From: Octopus vulgaris
Lineage: Eukaryota
Length of the DNA: 64,000 bases
NCBI GenBank assembly: GCA_951406725.2
Contig: OX597819.1
Span: 70,618,001-70,682,000, forward strand
Direction of reading: 5' to 3'
The position numbers and the translations under genes are program-made. Shown piece after piece: positions 1 through 12,684 of this stretch; the stretch's first letter is position 1, and each line of letters begins with the position of its first letter. The notes under the pieces are model-generated. The model had not been told where the DNA came from. It worked only from the letters and a program-made list of their open reading frames with translations, and made no database searches.

Positions 1-48
1 CTACGCATTTCGCCCGGCGTGCTAACCGTTCTGCCAGCTCGAATATAA

Positions 49-460
49 TCTATAATATAAATTGGACATGGGCAATCGTTGTATTCTTTCTTGTCTTGAG
101 GTTCACAGGCAAACGGCTGGGTGGATTCGCATGAAAAATGGCACACATGTGGAGACAGGTGCATAGATTGGAATGCAGTTTGTATTTTTTTCCTAACCCC
201 CCATACTTACCGAGAAAATCGATTAAAACGTTTTCTTATAAAATTTTCCTCTTTCTTCTGCCATTAAAACAACCAGTTGCTTAGAAACTGTTTTCTGACG
301 GGGTGGGGGTCAGGAAATTTTCACATAGTTGGAGGCTCCACTCGAAACAGGGGACCCGAAATGATATGGTTGACAAACGCTGTTATAGATTATGCCTAAC
401 CAAAAACGATCACAGCCACATCATCCAAACAGACCGGGTGAAACTGGGCTTAGCTGCTAG
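49..460 (+). mobile_element. Non-autonomous Helitron-like element
   Basis: 5' A|TCTATAATATAAA start at 49; 3' imperfect GC hairpin (ccgggtgaaactggg) followed by CTAG at 457-460. Confidence 0.5.
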
Positions 461-484
461 CTATCTGTAAATGGGTTTCAAATT

Positions 485-682
485 TTGGCACAAGGTCAGC
501 AATTTCGGGGCCTAGTCAATTACACCGACCCTAGTGCTCAACTGGTAGCTATTTTATCGATTCTCGAAAGAGACGAGAAACAAAGTCGACTTAGGCGGAA
601 TTTGAACTCAGAACGTAAGCACGAACGAAGTGCTGCTAAGCATTTCGTCCGGCGTGCAAGCGATTCTGCCAGCTCGCCGCCT
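485..682 (-). mobile_element. tRNA-derived SINE, family A (Meta-domain-like body)
   Basis: Reverse complement of ggcggcgagctggcagaa...gagttcaaattccgcc..gtcgactttg; many similar copies across the window. Confidence 0.8.
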
Positions 683-931
683 ATATATCAATAGTCATCT
701 GTAAATTGATTTAACCTCTGTGGTTGAGCATCTGGAACATCTGTCGCAAGGTTCTCAACAACCACAATAGTGAAATGCGCGTAGGCTCTTTTGATATAAA
801 TTGTGTTTATCTTCATTTCACACACGCGCACGTGCATAATGTGTATGTATAAGTTTGGTAAGTACCATACACGAAACTCTCGGTCCTTGAATCACTTGGT
901 AACTTTTGCCGATTAAAAATCTTTCCCTGAT

Positions 932-1452
932 AGGCATGGCTGTGAGATAAGAAGCTAGCTACGCCAGGTTCAGTTCCACTGCGTGGAACCTTCGGCAAGT
1001 GTCTTCTACTATAGCCTCGGGCTAGCCAAAGCCTTGTGAGTAGATTTGATAGATGGAAACTGAAAGAAGCCCACCACGGAGGCAAAGTGGCTGAGTTCCT
1101 TTCGAGCGTTGGGCTTCACGGAGGCAATGACCGAGACCTCTGGCATTATGTTGTGCTTGAGAAGAAGACCCATCAAACTGAACAAAATCGCAGTCGTGGC
1201 AGATACTGGTGTCACGCAAAATGGCATCCGTGCCGGTGGCACGTAAAAGCACCTTGGTGTCACGCAAATGGTACCCGTGCCGGTGGTACGTAAAATCACC
1301 CGTTACACTCTCGGAGTGGTTGGTGTTAGGAAGGGCATCCAGCCGTAGAAAACCATGTCAAATCAGACTGGAGTCTGGTGCAGCCTTCCAATGTGTCAGC
1401 CCGGTTAAACCGTCGAACCCATGCCAGAATGGACAACGGACGTTAAATGATG
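932..1452 (+). mobile_element. Chimeric SINE: CORE-like family B head plus RTE-LINE 3' end
   Basis: Head ggcatggctgtg...ggttcagttccactgcgtgg..ggcaagtgtcttctactatagcc. Segment ~1100-1175 matches the RTE 3' end at ~27830-27910, followed by gtgccggtggcacgtaaaa repeats and a (GAT)n tail. Confidence 0.7.
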
Positions 1453-2029
1453 ATATATATATATGTGTGTGTGTGTGGGTGGGGGGCACTCTATCCGTCA
1501 GTGATCGTTAACCTGGAACTATTGACATTATATACCATTCAGCAGTGTCCAGGCGGGCGTGTCAACTAAGCACTCCACCCTTTATGTTGCTGCTGAGTTT
1601 CCTCCTCCCCTCCCTCCAATTAATTTCTTCGGTCTCCTGTTTCCAACGACGAAATTTTACGATGTTGCCCCCGCCTCTCCCCATCACTACCACCCCCACC
1701 TACTCAAATTTTTATCCCACCCTCAGTTTTTTTTTTAAATTTTAAGCATTCGTTTATTATTATTATTTGCAAAATTTTAATGTTGCTTTCATATATTTTA
1801 CACTTTCGAATTTGTGGTCATACACTGAAAAAAAAAATGATTGTGTATATATATAATGCATACACAAAGACAATATGTACGTATATATGAATATATATTA
1901 TATACACATATACGCACATGTACGTATGTATATCTATATATATATATAGAGTATATATATATATATTTAAAATTTCCACTTATTTACTTATTTATTTTTC
2001 CAACATATATAAAACCAACTCCAATAAGG

Positions 2030-2069
<40 letters not shown>

Positions 2070-2073
<4 letters not shown>

Positions 2074-2220
2074 GAAATTTACAGAAAAACAAAAGACGAA
2101 GACAGGTGTATGAACAACAAGCAGGTGTATAAGTTTGACGCTCAGGAAAGCGAGAATGTCTTTTACGTTTCGAGCCTACGCTCTTCAACAGAAAGGAACA
2201 CGAGGAAATAAACAGAGAGA
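2070..2220 (-). mobile_element. Penelope-like terminal-repeat fragment with hammerhead-like motif
   Basis: Embedded in (TA)n; minus strand 2195-2160 reads CTTT CTGTTGA A GAGC GTAG GCTC GAAAC GTA AAAG; homologues at ~9140, 40370, 61000, 63623, 63905. Confidence 0.6.
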
Positions 2221-2269
<49 letters not shown>

Positions 2270-2625
2270 TAACACACACACACATATATATATACACTAC
2301 ACATTCATATACATGTATATATCTACACTCTCATACAGGTATCTAAAAGGATAGAAACTAGAGAGAGAGAGGGGGAGAGAAATGAGATTAGTGATCGATT
2401 CTGGAGAAACAATCAAAGAAGATATTTCATAAATATTAAGTTCCTGACCCTCTTTTAGTCGTTGGGACGGTTTTCTGCAACAAAAACGAGACAAGAAACA
2501 ACAGACGTAGGATAACGATATACCAACCGTAGCAGCAAATAACGGTTGATGGGTGCTGTTTAATTTTAGCGACATTATTTCCTGATGAGGAGGCAAAGAA
2601 GCTATCAAGCCTATTATTATAATAA

Positions 2626-3230
2626 GGCGGCGAAGGTGCCGGATAAAATGCACAGTGGCATTTCGTTCATCTTTACGTTCTGAGTTCAAATTCCGCCGAG
2701 GTCGACTTTGCCTTTCATCCTTTCTGGGTCGATAAACTAAGTGCCAGTACAACAGTGGGGTCGATGTAATCAACTAGTCCCCTCTCTCAAAATTTCAAGG
2801 CCTTGTGCCTTCAGTAGAAAGGATTATTAATATGGCGGTGAGCTGGCAGAATCGTTAGCACACCGGACATAAAAAAAAGACTTAGTTGCATTTCGTCCGT
2901 CTTTATATTCTGAGTTCAAATTCCGTAGGGTCGATACAATAAGTACCAGTTGAACATTGGGGTCAATTTAATTGACTTAGCCCCTCCCCTGAACTTGCTG
3001 GCATTGTGCTGAAATCAATTAAGGCGGCGAGCTGGCAGAATCCTTAGCATGACGGACAAAATGCTTAGCGGCGTTTCGTCCGTTTTTACGTTCTGAGTTC
3101 AAATCCCACTGATGTCGACTTTGCTTTCATCCTCACGGGATCGATGAAATAAGTACCAGTTAGGCACTGGGATCGAGGTAATCGAATTACTCCATCTCGA
3201 AATTGCTGCCCTGGTGTCAAAACTTGAAAA
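2626..3230 (+). mobile_element. Cluster of three family A SINEs
   Basis: Three successive ggcggcga/ggcggtgagctggcagaa...gagttcaaat...gtcgat...aagtaccag units. Confidence 0.8.
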
Positions 3231-3419
3231 CATGATTATTATTTTGAGTTTTTCTTCTTTCAATTTTGTTTCCATTTCTTGCCGAGTGTCTACCCGACCC
3301 CCTACCACAGGGCAAAAAAACCAAAAACCAAACAAAAAAACTTACTGTATACATTGACAGGCCATTAGAATAAACACACCCGATTGTTCATCTCCCTAAT
3401 CAAATAAAACATTTAAAAA

Positions 3420-3665
3420 ATTATTTGCATGGCTGGTAATTGTTCTCACGGCGACATTGCTCTTCTCAATACTTGTGACTACAAGTTAAAACCAGGGATC
3501 ACGCTCAAATAATTTTCAGCTCCCTCTTTTTTATTATTATTGCTAGTGCTCATACAATCACTGGTATTGTAACCGCCTTGAAATTCCACATCATTTCGAT
3601 TTCAATAAGCAAATCTTTATATTTTCTGAGCTTGTCAAATTCTTTTGCAGAGATGTTACGACCAC
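3420..3665 (-). mobile_element. R4/Dong-like non-LTR retrotransposon 3' remnant
   Basis: Minus-strand translation NISAKEFDKLRKYKDLLIEIEMMWNFKAVTIPVIV*AL resembles the restriction-like endonuclease C-terminus (EK..KY..L..E...W...V.PV.VGAL). Confidence 0.65.
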
Positions 3666-4039
3666 AAGCAATATTCATTCATCCCGCACTCCCCCCCCCC
3701 CCACCATTTTTACAGATTTCGGGAAATATTTTACTACAGGCTACTAAATGATCACCTTTTCATCAACGTTAACATTTTGAGATAAGAGATTTTGTGTAAT
3801 TTATTAATAGTACTACCACATCACTGAAAACTGGGTCTTTGGATCTGTTTGGCCCATATCTTACTCAGAAATAATATGTTAATTTCCCTCTAGGTGACGG
3901 CGCATGGCTTGGTGGTTAGGGTTGTAGGTCGAGTGTTTCCTCATCAATCATCTGGTGTGGAGTGGATTCCCGCTCGTTTTGACAAGCAACAAGCCGGTGG
4001 ATTTGGTTTCAAATCTCAGACAAGGTCAAGCTAGATGCC

Positions 4040-4190
4040 TACAGGGTGTTGGACTTAGGATCGTAAGATTGTGGTTTCGATTCCTGGACCGGGCGATGCG
4101 TTGTGTTCTTGAGCGAAACACTTCATTTCACGTTGGTCCAGTTCACTCAGCTGGCGAAAATGAGTAACCTTGCGACGGAGTGGCCCTCAT
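4040..4190 (+). mobile_element. tRNA-derived SINE fragment, family E
   Basis: B-box-like ggtttcgattcc followed by gttgtgttcttgagcgaaacacttcatttcacgttggtccagttcactcagctg; homologous to 40460-40795. Confidence 0.6.
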
Positions 4191-4399
4191 TAGCCTGGCA
4201 ATTTTTATTTTATTACCCTCTAGACCAAAGTGATCAAACTTGGCCCCAGCAGATGGGTGAGGGTCTATGTAACTATACAGGAAGTCGATAACCACCTGAA
4301 ATAAGTTTGGGCATTGAGGGGACTCAATTATTTACGAACTGAATCAGGAAGAGCATGGGTAATTTAAGGCTAATTTCCAGCCAAATATCGATGCAATGA

Positions 4400-4790
4400 C
4401 TAGCACCGCCCTACTTGCGCTCGTATACGCAAGTGAGATGTGGGCGACGACGAAGAGGATTGAACATCGATTGGCTACGACGCAAAGGATCATGGAAAGG
4501 TCCATGCGAGGAATATCATTACGAGAGCAGATTCGAAATGAGATCATTCAAGAACGAAGTAGAGTGAACGATGTGCTCACAGAATAGCGAATGCACAGGT
4601 TCCACTGAATTGGATATGTTGCAAGGTTCACAGACAAGAGGAGGACCCGAACAGTTGCCGAGTGGTATTCAAAAGAGCGAAAAAAAAAACCACCTGGAAG
4701 GCCTCTACAACAATGGGAGACGATCAATTTGGTCAAGATAGAAAACAACGACGCGATCAAGGTAGAATTGGAAGCGCATTGTGACCAGCG
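4400..4790 (+). mobile_element. RTE-clade LINE 3' remnant
   Basis: YASEMW...LATTQRIMERSMRGISLREQIRNEII...V.DV then W/GYVAR; interrupted by stop codons. Confidence 0.75.
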
Positions 4791-6368
4791 GTATATAACA
4801 TCATCTGATGGTTTGGTCAATACTGCGAACTAGTATTCAGGAAACAGATTTCATATGAAATATTCCGACTATATCAACATGTCACTCAATTTTTAATGTT
4901 CTTGATCTATTTCGTTAAGTATTTTCATTAAATTTCCTCTTCAAATATTTCTTAATAAAAAGCAATAACGACACAAAAGAACTAAGGAGTGATTGTTTTA
5001 ACAATCAAGAATTATTTTACTAATTATACTTTTTAATTTTATTTTAGAAATTTACATAACGGGGCTCAATAAGTTACCGACGATTCCATGAAGGGGTCAA
5101 CAATACAAGAAGTTTGCCAACCCTTAGTCTTGGCCCTCAAGGAACTAGGCTTCTGTCGTATACCAAAATAGGAAGACCTTACAACTATGTAGGGGATGGG
5201 GAATTCTAAGAACGGGATGATTCCAGCAAAGTGATTGTTTTGAAAGGTAATGGAAATTATCCATGAATTTTAATTTAATAATATGCGGTGTGCAATAATC
5301 ACCCTGGGTTCTGTATACAAATCTGGGTCTCAAATATATGCTTTGAAGTACTGATTGTTTCTCTTTTACTCGTTTATGCGCGGCTGAAATTGAGGTGCGT
5401 CAAATAATACCCAAGCGTCTTTTGTACCATCAACTGCAGCGATTTTCAACAATTTATACAGGAAGCAAACATTGGCGTTAACCGTTTATAAAGAAATAAT
5501 GATTCCATAGAAATCTACACACACTAAAAGACGCGTGTCTTTCACACGCACGGCACTTTCCACCCACCCCGCCTCTCTCTCTCTCTCTCTCTCTGATAAA
5601 AAGTGGTTGTTAATGCACAGCAGTTTGCATAACAAGCAAATTTTCTCTTTCTTTGCTAAATATATGCGCATCCATACGATTAACTATCGCTCAAAGTTCT
5701 TCTATTAAAAAAGAAAATGAATTCAATTTCTTCCTGAAAAGCTTGTATGCACACATGCACGTGTAAGTGTGCGCGCGCACAAGCGCACAACTTAAGCGGG
5801 AACACTGCTGACTTCATTCGTCCATTTGGTATCTCAGTAGCTAAATAAATAAATTAATTATTTAATTAAAAAAAATTCCAGGCCTTTTCCTTCTTTGTGA
5901 GACTAAATGTGACAATATTGAGGGCAGTTTCATAAATCTTCATCTTCTATTCACCCCCTCCCTCCTGCAATGCACATGTACACAAACAACATTGTCTCTG
6001 TCCTAAAAAAAAAGCAACAGCTTAGTTTTAAAAACAGACATGTTATTTTAAGACGAGGGAAAACTACCAATTATCTTGTCGTCTACTTCCTCTGAAATTG
6101 TTCTCTAACAACATTAAAGACAACACCACTCACACACAATATTTTCAGCCTGGCATACCTACACAGGTGTGCTGCCACCGACTTTATTTCCTCATAACTT
6201 TCAGAAAATACGCTTCGGGTGGTGCAGATTCCGATTATATGGGAATTTGTTGGAATAAAAAAAAAAAAAAATTCTGAGGACAGGGAGAAGAGTTTCAGTA
6301 AATTCACACGAGTTGGCTTTGTTTCCTCATAACTTTCATAAAATCAATAATTTTTAAAGAAATTTTCT

Positions 6369-6487
6369 GCAAACGACCATATCACGTTGAAAGCACCGGT
6401 TCTCGTCCGATCACCGAAGTTAAGCAACATCGAGCCTAGTTAGTATTTAGATGGGTGACCGTTTGGGAAACCTAGGTGCTATAAGCA
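6369..6487 (+). pseudogene. 5S rRNA-derived sequence (pseudogene or SINE3 head)
   Basis: ~119 nt matching metazoan 5S (cgaccatatcacgttgaaagcaccggttctcgtccgatcaccgaagttaagcaac...gttagta...gatgggtgaccg..tgggaa...gtgct.taagca). Several substitutions, no oligo-T terminator, fused to a SINE tail. Confidence 0.9.
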
Positions 6488-6495
6488 TTCCCTTT

Positions 6496-6565
6496 ACTAA
6501 AGGCGGTGCTCCAGCATGGCTGCAGTCAAATGACTGAAACAAGTAAAAGAGTAAAAGAGAGTAAA
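6496..6565 (+). mobile_element. SINE/LINE 3' tail attached to the 5S copy
   Basis: actaaaggcggtgctccagcatggctgcagtcaaatgactgaaacaagtaaaagagtaaaaga, nearly identical to the tail at ~38084-38153. Confidence 0.85.
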
Positions 6566-6968
6566 TATCTTTCGGGGTGTGTAGATTACAATTATATCGG
6601 AATTTAATATGGAAAAAAATAATTGATGAGCTCACATGCATACATACTGGCACACATCACATGCATCTGCAAAGTGAAACTTGAAATTTCAAAAAGAATT
6701 GTGATGTATGTGAATATGTATGTGTGTCTGCTCACCATTTTCCATTAACCGAATCCACTCACAAAGCTTTGGTCAGCCCAGGGCTACAGTAAATGATGCT
6801 AGTTCAAAGTATTACACTGTACGATCAAGTCCAAAACCACAAAGTTAGAATGCAAGTTTTGTCAGCCACATAACCACATCTCTCCATGTGTGTGTGTGTG
6901 AGTGTGTTTTAGTTACAGGATTCAGTAGAATTTAGGCGTATCAATACATAGGAGACCAGAAATGGTAC

Positions 6969-7336
6969 CAAACCTGGGCACCAAACTGTTAATCGTTAAT
7001 TAACGAAGTTAGCATTTTCATTAATGATTTAACTTTTAAGTTAACATTGGAAATCATTATCAGACTAATTAATTTCCATTATATTTAACTTCCGCTAACT
7101 CAAATCAACTTGAGTTAACTTCAATTTTGGCACTTTTTAAAGGTGTTTATGTGGTTTTAGAGCAAAGACAGATTTTTTTTTTTTTTTTCTCTAATAAAAA
7201 TTAATGTCAACAGCTTATACAGAACGTCTGTTACATTAGGAAATAATTAATTGGTTAATGGTTATCAAAGTTAGCTTTTTGGTTAACAGATTAACAGTTA
7301 AAAATTTAACTTTTCAATTAACAGTGCCCATCTTTG
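6969..7336. mobile_element. Possible hAT-type MITE
   Basis: Imperfect termini caaacctgggcac / gtgcccatctttg, internal gttaa(c) repeats, partly matching 8-bp flanks (aatggtac / ctaggtac). Confidence 0.35.
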
Positions 7337-7440
7337 CTAGGTACAATAACCTAGGGTTCATAGGGAGGTAAAACAACCATGAAGGTATCAATAAAATTTT
7401 ACTGAAACAGCTGTCGTAAACTTTAAACTCCATTTGCATT

Positions 7441-7486
<46 letters not shown>

Positions 7487-7707
7487 TATTACTGGTGAAG
7501 GCCAGTTTATATATACATATATATCGGCACTTTTCGGACGATTATGGTTCCTGTTAGTGTATATGTTTTCATTCATGTGCATTAACTATAGCATTAGAGC
7601 TTTTTAACTATTATTTTTAGCAATGTAGGTGTTTCCAAGTTGCATTTAACAATAATTATAATTCTCCTTTATAGTGAAACATTGCAAACTGCTGTTTATA
7701 TACATAC

Positions 7708-7746
<39 letters not shown>

Positions 7747-7770
7747 GTGTATGTGTGTGTGTGTATGTGT

Positions 7771-7799
<29 letters not shown>

Positions 7800-7805
<6 letters not shown>

Positions 7806-7990
7806 TAATCCAAACAGAAAGCACAAAAAAACACAACAACGCGAGGACGTGGAACAAATATAGTATTATTGGACGCTCAGGAAAGAAGGAAAGTTTAACG
7901 TTTCGAGCGGAGCTCTTCGTCGGAAACATAGGAGAAGGGAAGACAGAGGAAAAAAAATCGCCAACGGTACACACACAGTCACATTTTGAA
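7800..7990 (-). mobile_element. Penelope-like terminal-repeat fragment with hammerhead-like motif
   Basis: Flanked by (TA)n; minus 7927-7893 reads GTTT CCGACGA A GAGC TCC GCTC GAAAC GTT AAAC; homologue in opposite orientation at ~22510-22620. Confidence 0.6.
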
Positions 7991-8040
7991 TATATATATA
8001 TATATACAGTTGAAAAAAATTTTTATATATAAAAGATGGA

Positions 8041-8322
8041 AGTGGAAATAAGACAGAAGTAAATCTAAGACATTTCAATTTAAGAGGGAATTTAATAAAA
8101 ATGATTTTAAAAATTATATAAAGAAAACATCACCAGTTTCTTGACCCCCAGAGAGAAGATAAACTGTTTTTACTTCAAATTTTTATAAATTTTCACTGAT
8201 ATTTGATAAGATGAGATTCATCGAAACTGGTAATATTTTCTTTATTTAATTTTTAACATCATCTTTATTAAATTTGCTCTTAAATTGAAATGTCTTAGAC
8301 TTATTTCTGTACTATTTCCACT
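8041..8322. repeat. ~100-bp-arm imperfect inverted repeat
   Basis: 8041-8140 is the approximate reverse complement of 8223-8322. Confidence 0.8.
8199..8236 (+). ncRNA. Minimal type I hammerhead ribozyme-like motif (U3-A8 variant)
   Basis: ATAT-TTGATAA-GATGA gat TCATC-GAAAC tg GTA^ATAT: stems I and II pair perfectly and the core nucleotides are in hammerhead order. Confidence 0.55.
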
Positions 8323-8324
8323 GT

Positions 8325-8348
<24 letters not shown>

Positions 8349-8355
<7 letters not shown>

Positions 8356-8948
8356 GATTTTGCAAGCATGAAGTGGATTCGATCCACCATAGCCAAATTT
8401 AAATTAACGCTGCAACAGAACTGTTCCCATGGTGGAACAATGGTTTTTCTCTGACAGCAGTTTTACATTTTCCAGATGCCTTTAGCTAGGCCGAAATAAT
8501 GTCTTCACTACTTGACCCTTTCTAACCTTTTCTACTTCACCAAAAGCTAGAATAGAGATAACAAGACCACCAACTAAATCTATTGTTCTCAATGATATAT
8601 CTATCCTTCTGGATCTTTATATAAGCAAGCACACTCCAAGCAAAAATCAGTTCGTCACAGTTGTGACGACTCAACAAGGTTTGGCTGACCAACCTTGGTC
8701 AGAGGGAGAAAGCAGCTGCGAGACAACACCCTACAATTCTCTCTAGCTCTAATTCTGTCCCTTCTAACATCATTCTATCTCTCTCTGTAATTACTACTAC
8801 TAAACAATGAAGAGGACACATACACAAATTTTACTTTGCATGCTTTGGGATGTATCAAAACCTGCCTGTCAAGGCCAGGTATTGTAACATAATGGTAAAT
8901 AAACATTTCCTTAAAACTCCTTGCATTGTTAATCTTTCACATCTTACA
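8349..8948 (+). mobile_element. Putative solo LTR
   Basis: 600 bp bounded by TGTA...TACA, TATATAA at 8618, Inr-like TCAGTT at 8647, AATAAA at 8898; no clear TSD. Confidence 0.45.
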
Positions 8949-9607
8949 GTATGCAATAACAACAAAACTTTATTGCCACACCAGCTGACTATCAACATTT
9001 CATAATATTGTTTACAAATTAATTAAAACTGTAACATATATAAAAGATGGAGGTGGAAATAGCACATGCTTAGCCATGCTAGACTGCTAAATCTATAGGT
9101 TTTTTTTTTCCATTCTCACTCTGTTTTAATTCTCTCTTATTCCTTTCTGTTGAAGAACATAAGCTTGAAACATATAAGACTTTTTCAATTTCCAGAGCAT
9201 CAAACTAATACACCTGCTTGTTGTTCATACACCTGTCTTTGTCTTTTGTTTTTCTATAAATTAGTTATTGTAGGTTTATTATTATTCCCGATACAGATGT
9301 ACATAGATTTATGCGTTTCTTGTTGTAGTTTAATTTTAAAGTTAACGTTTAATCCTGCCTATATTTGATTGAATACTGTTGTACATAGGGTAAATGTGTT
9401 TGAAAGTTGTGTTTTGTCTTTTGTTATATTTGTTCCCAAACAGCACTTCTTTAAGTACTGTTGACACTGCTGAATTGAATGGTACTGCCCAGGTGTTAAA
9501 ACTATAATGATGTAAGTGGGGCAGCTGATGATGGAGGTATGTTGGATTACTGGTATGACTGTTTGTGTATATGTGGAATAGTGTTATAACACATCCTTTT
9601 GATATAC

Positions 9608-9643
<36 letters not shown>

Positions 9644-10018
9644 ACAAAATAAGGTGCCATGAAATGGGACTGGACCTGAGTCCATGTGGTTGACTATCAA
9701 AATTCTTAACAACCAAACCATGTCAGCACTAATAATTCCCTAATCTATTCTAATTTGAATTTATTTTCGTTTTCACCTTTCACTTTCAATGTTAACGATT
9801 CACAAACATCAACTGCTGATATAAAAAGCTATTTTTACCTCGATAAAAAATATTCTTATTCTGTTTCCTTCGCTTTACTCATTTAGGGGTCACTCAGTCT
9901 AATTCATATGTTGTGCTCCATAGTTTATAATTATACACCATCAAAACAGCAATGCACTATTAGACACCTGAGGTTTTGATATTATTATTTAATGATAAAT
10001 GTTTTTGTTGTTGCTTGA

Positions 10019-10860
<842 letters not shown>

Positions 10861-11289
10861 GGATATATTTACTATATATTTGATGTTATTTGCAATGAAG
10901 CACCATGTTGTAAAACATCTCTTTTGAATAAATGGTGGACTCTCTTCAATGAATGAAGAATCGGCAAGACTCAACTCCACAGAATTCTTTGTTATGAAAT
11001 TATGACAGTGTTAATGCTGGTGTTTCAGTTTGCAGAACAACTTGTACAATGATTATTATTATAGTGTGCATACTTTCGTCCTTTTGGGGTCACTCAAACA
11101 AGTACTAGTCATGCAATGGGGTCGATGTAATCGACTTAATCCCTTCCCCCAAATTTGAGGCCTTGTGCTTCCAGTAGAAAGGATTATCATAGTGTGCATA
11201 GTTTGTGCAGAGCCAGTCCCTGTTTCTAGTCTGCCAGCCTTGTATTGGTCAGGTACAACAATGCCATGAGCCCAATAGTTATCAGGATA

Positions 11290-11505
11290 AGGTAGGAAGC
11301 TGGCAGAAACATTAGCACGCCAGGTGAAATGCTTAGTGGTATTTCGTCTGTCTTTACGTTCTGGGTTCAAATTCCGTTGAGGCCAACTTTGCCCTTCATC
11401 CTTTTGGGGTCAATAAATTAAGTACCAGTTGTGTACTGAGGGTCAATATAATTGACTGATCCCCTTCCTCAAAATTTTGGGCCTTGTGCCTAGAGTAGCA
11501 AAGAA
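11290..11505 (+). mobile_element. Family A SINE
   Basis: aagctggcagaaacattagcacgcc...gggttcaaattccg...aagtaccag. Confidence 0.8.
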
Positions 11506-12684
11506 TAGTTATCAGGATGTAGGATTGATATAGAATTATCTTCTCTTAGATGGGCAGTTAAAGGGCTAAAGGGCCTTATCTGCCCTGGCTCCGTTGGGAT
11601 GTCTTGTGAGCACTGTCCAAAAGCAATAGTGTGACATGGTAGTTAACTCATAGCTGGGAACCTGACAGGTACTACTACACTGGGTCAGAGTCAACATCTT
11701 TTATGCTTGTCAACAATGTATATCACAATGATGTGAGGATATAAAAAGCAGACTTTCTATGGCCGGATGCCCTCACCTATTTCCAGGTGATGCAATATTT
11801 CTTGTTGACTGGACATATTTTCATGGAAGACTGGAAATGAGTGACACTGCTCGTTCGATGGTGATGCTTATAAAAATAATGCGACATCACAACAAGCAGA
11901 GACATACACATATACATACATATGCGTGTGCACACACATGTACATGAATGGACACACACACACACACGCACGTACACAAGAGCACACATATGCACACAAG
12001 TGCATGCAAGTGCACACACACCAACACATATGCACATACACATATGCATGTGCATATGCACACACATACGTACACACACATATGCACACACACACACACA
12101 CACACATGCATGTACACACTCTATTTGGTTTCTGTCTAACCAGTCCACTCACAAGCTGCTAGTTGGCCCAAAGCTATAGTGGAAGACACTTGCCCAAGGT
12201 GCCATGCAGCGGAACTGAACCTGAAGCCACATGGTAGGGAGGCAAACGTTTTAACCACACAGCTATGTCTGCACCTATAAATGTTCCATGTTCAATATCA
12301 TCCATTATTAGTTATGGAGACACGATTGATTGTCTGTTCCAGGCTGTTTAGTTTTTCTTATACCAAGGCAAAAAGATACTGCTAAGATGATGTCTTTATG
12401 CTTTCTCAAGCTAACACACAAGCTAACAAACAAATCATTTCCAAATTGCAAGGATTTCCAGGACTGATGCTCAATTCAGATTACTAAAGAATTAAAAAGA
12501 TGAGGGATAAATCTGCTTCCAGATAAGTCTCTGGGCTGTTGCCAATAAAACTTTCTGCAGGAAGAATTAGTACCATATTTTTTTTATAACAGTTCTATAT
12601 TTAACAGATGAGGAATTATGTACATTATTTACATTTGATGGATATTTGTCCTCATCTTGTTTGTTGTTAACACACACACACATA

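Noticed and set aside
6369-6487. Functional 5S rRNA gene
   Set aside because: Single copy, altered 5' end, several substitutions, no oligo-T terminator and a retroposon tail.
9342-9716. 124-aa minus-strand ORF near the tubulin gene
   Set aside because: It spans a SINE piece, (CA)n and a dispersed repeat that also occurs at ~52510-52710; no recognisable domain.
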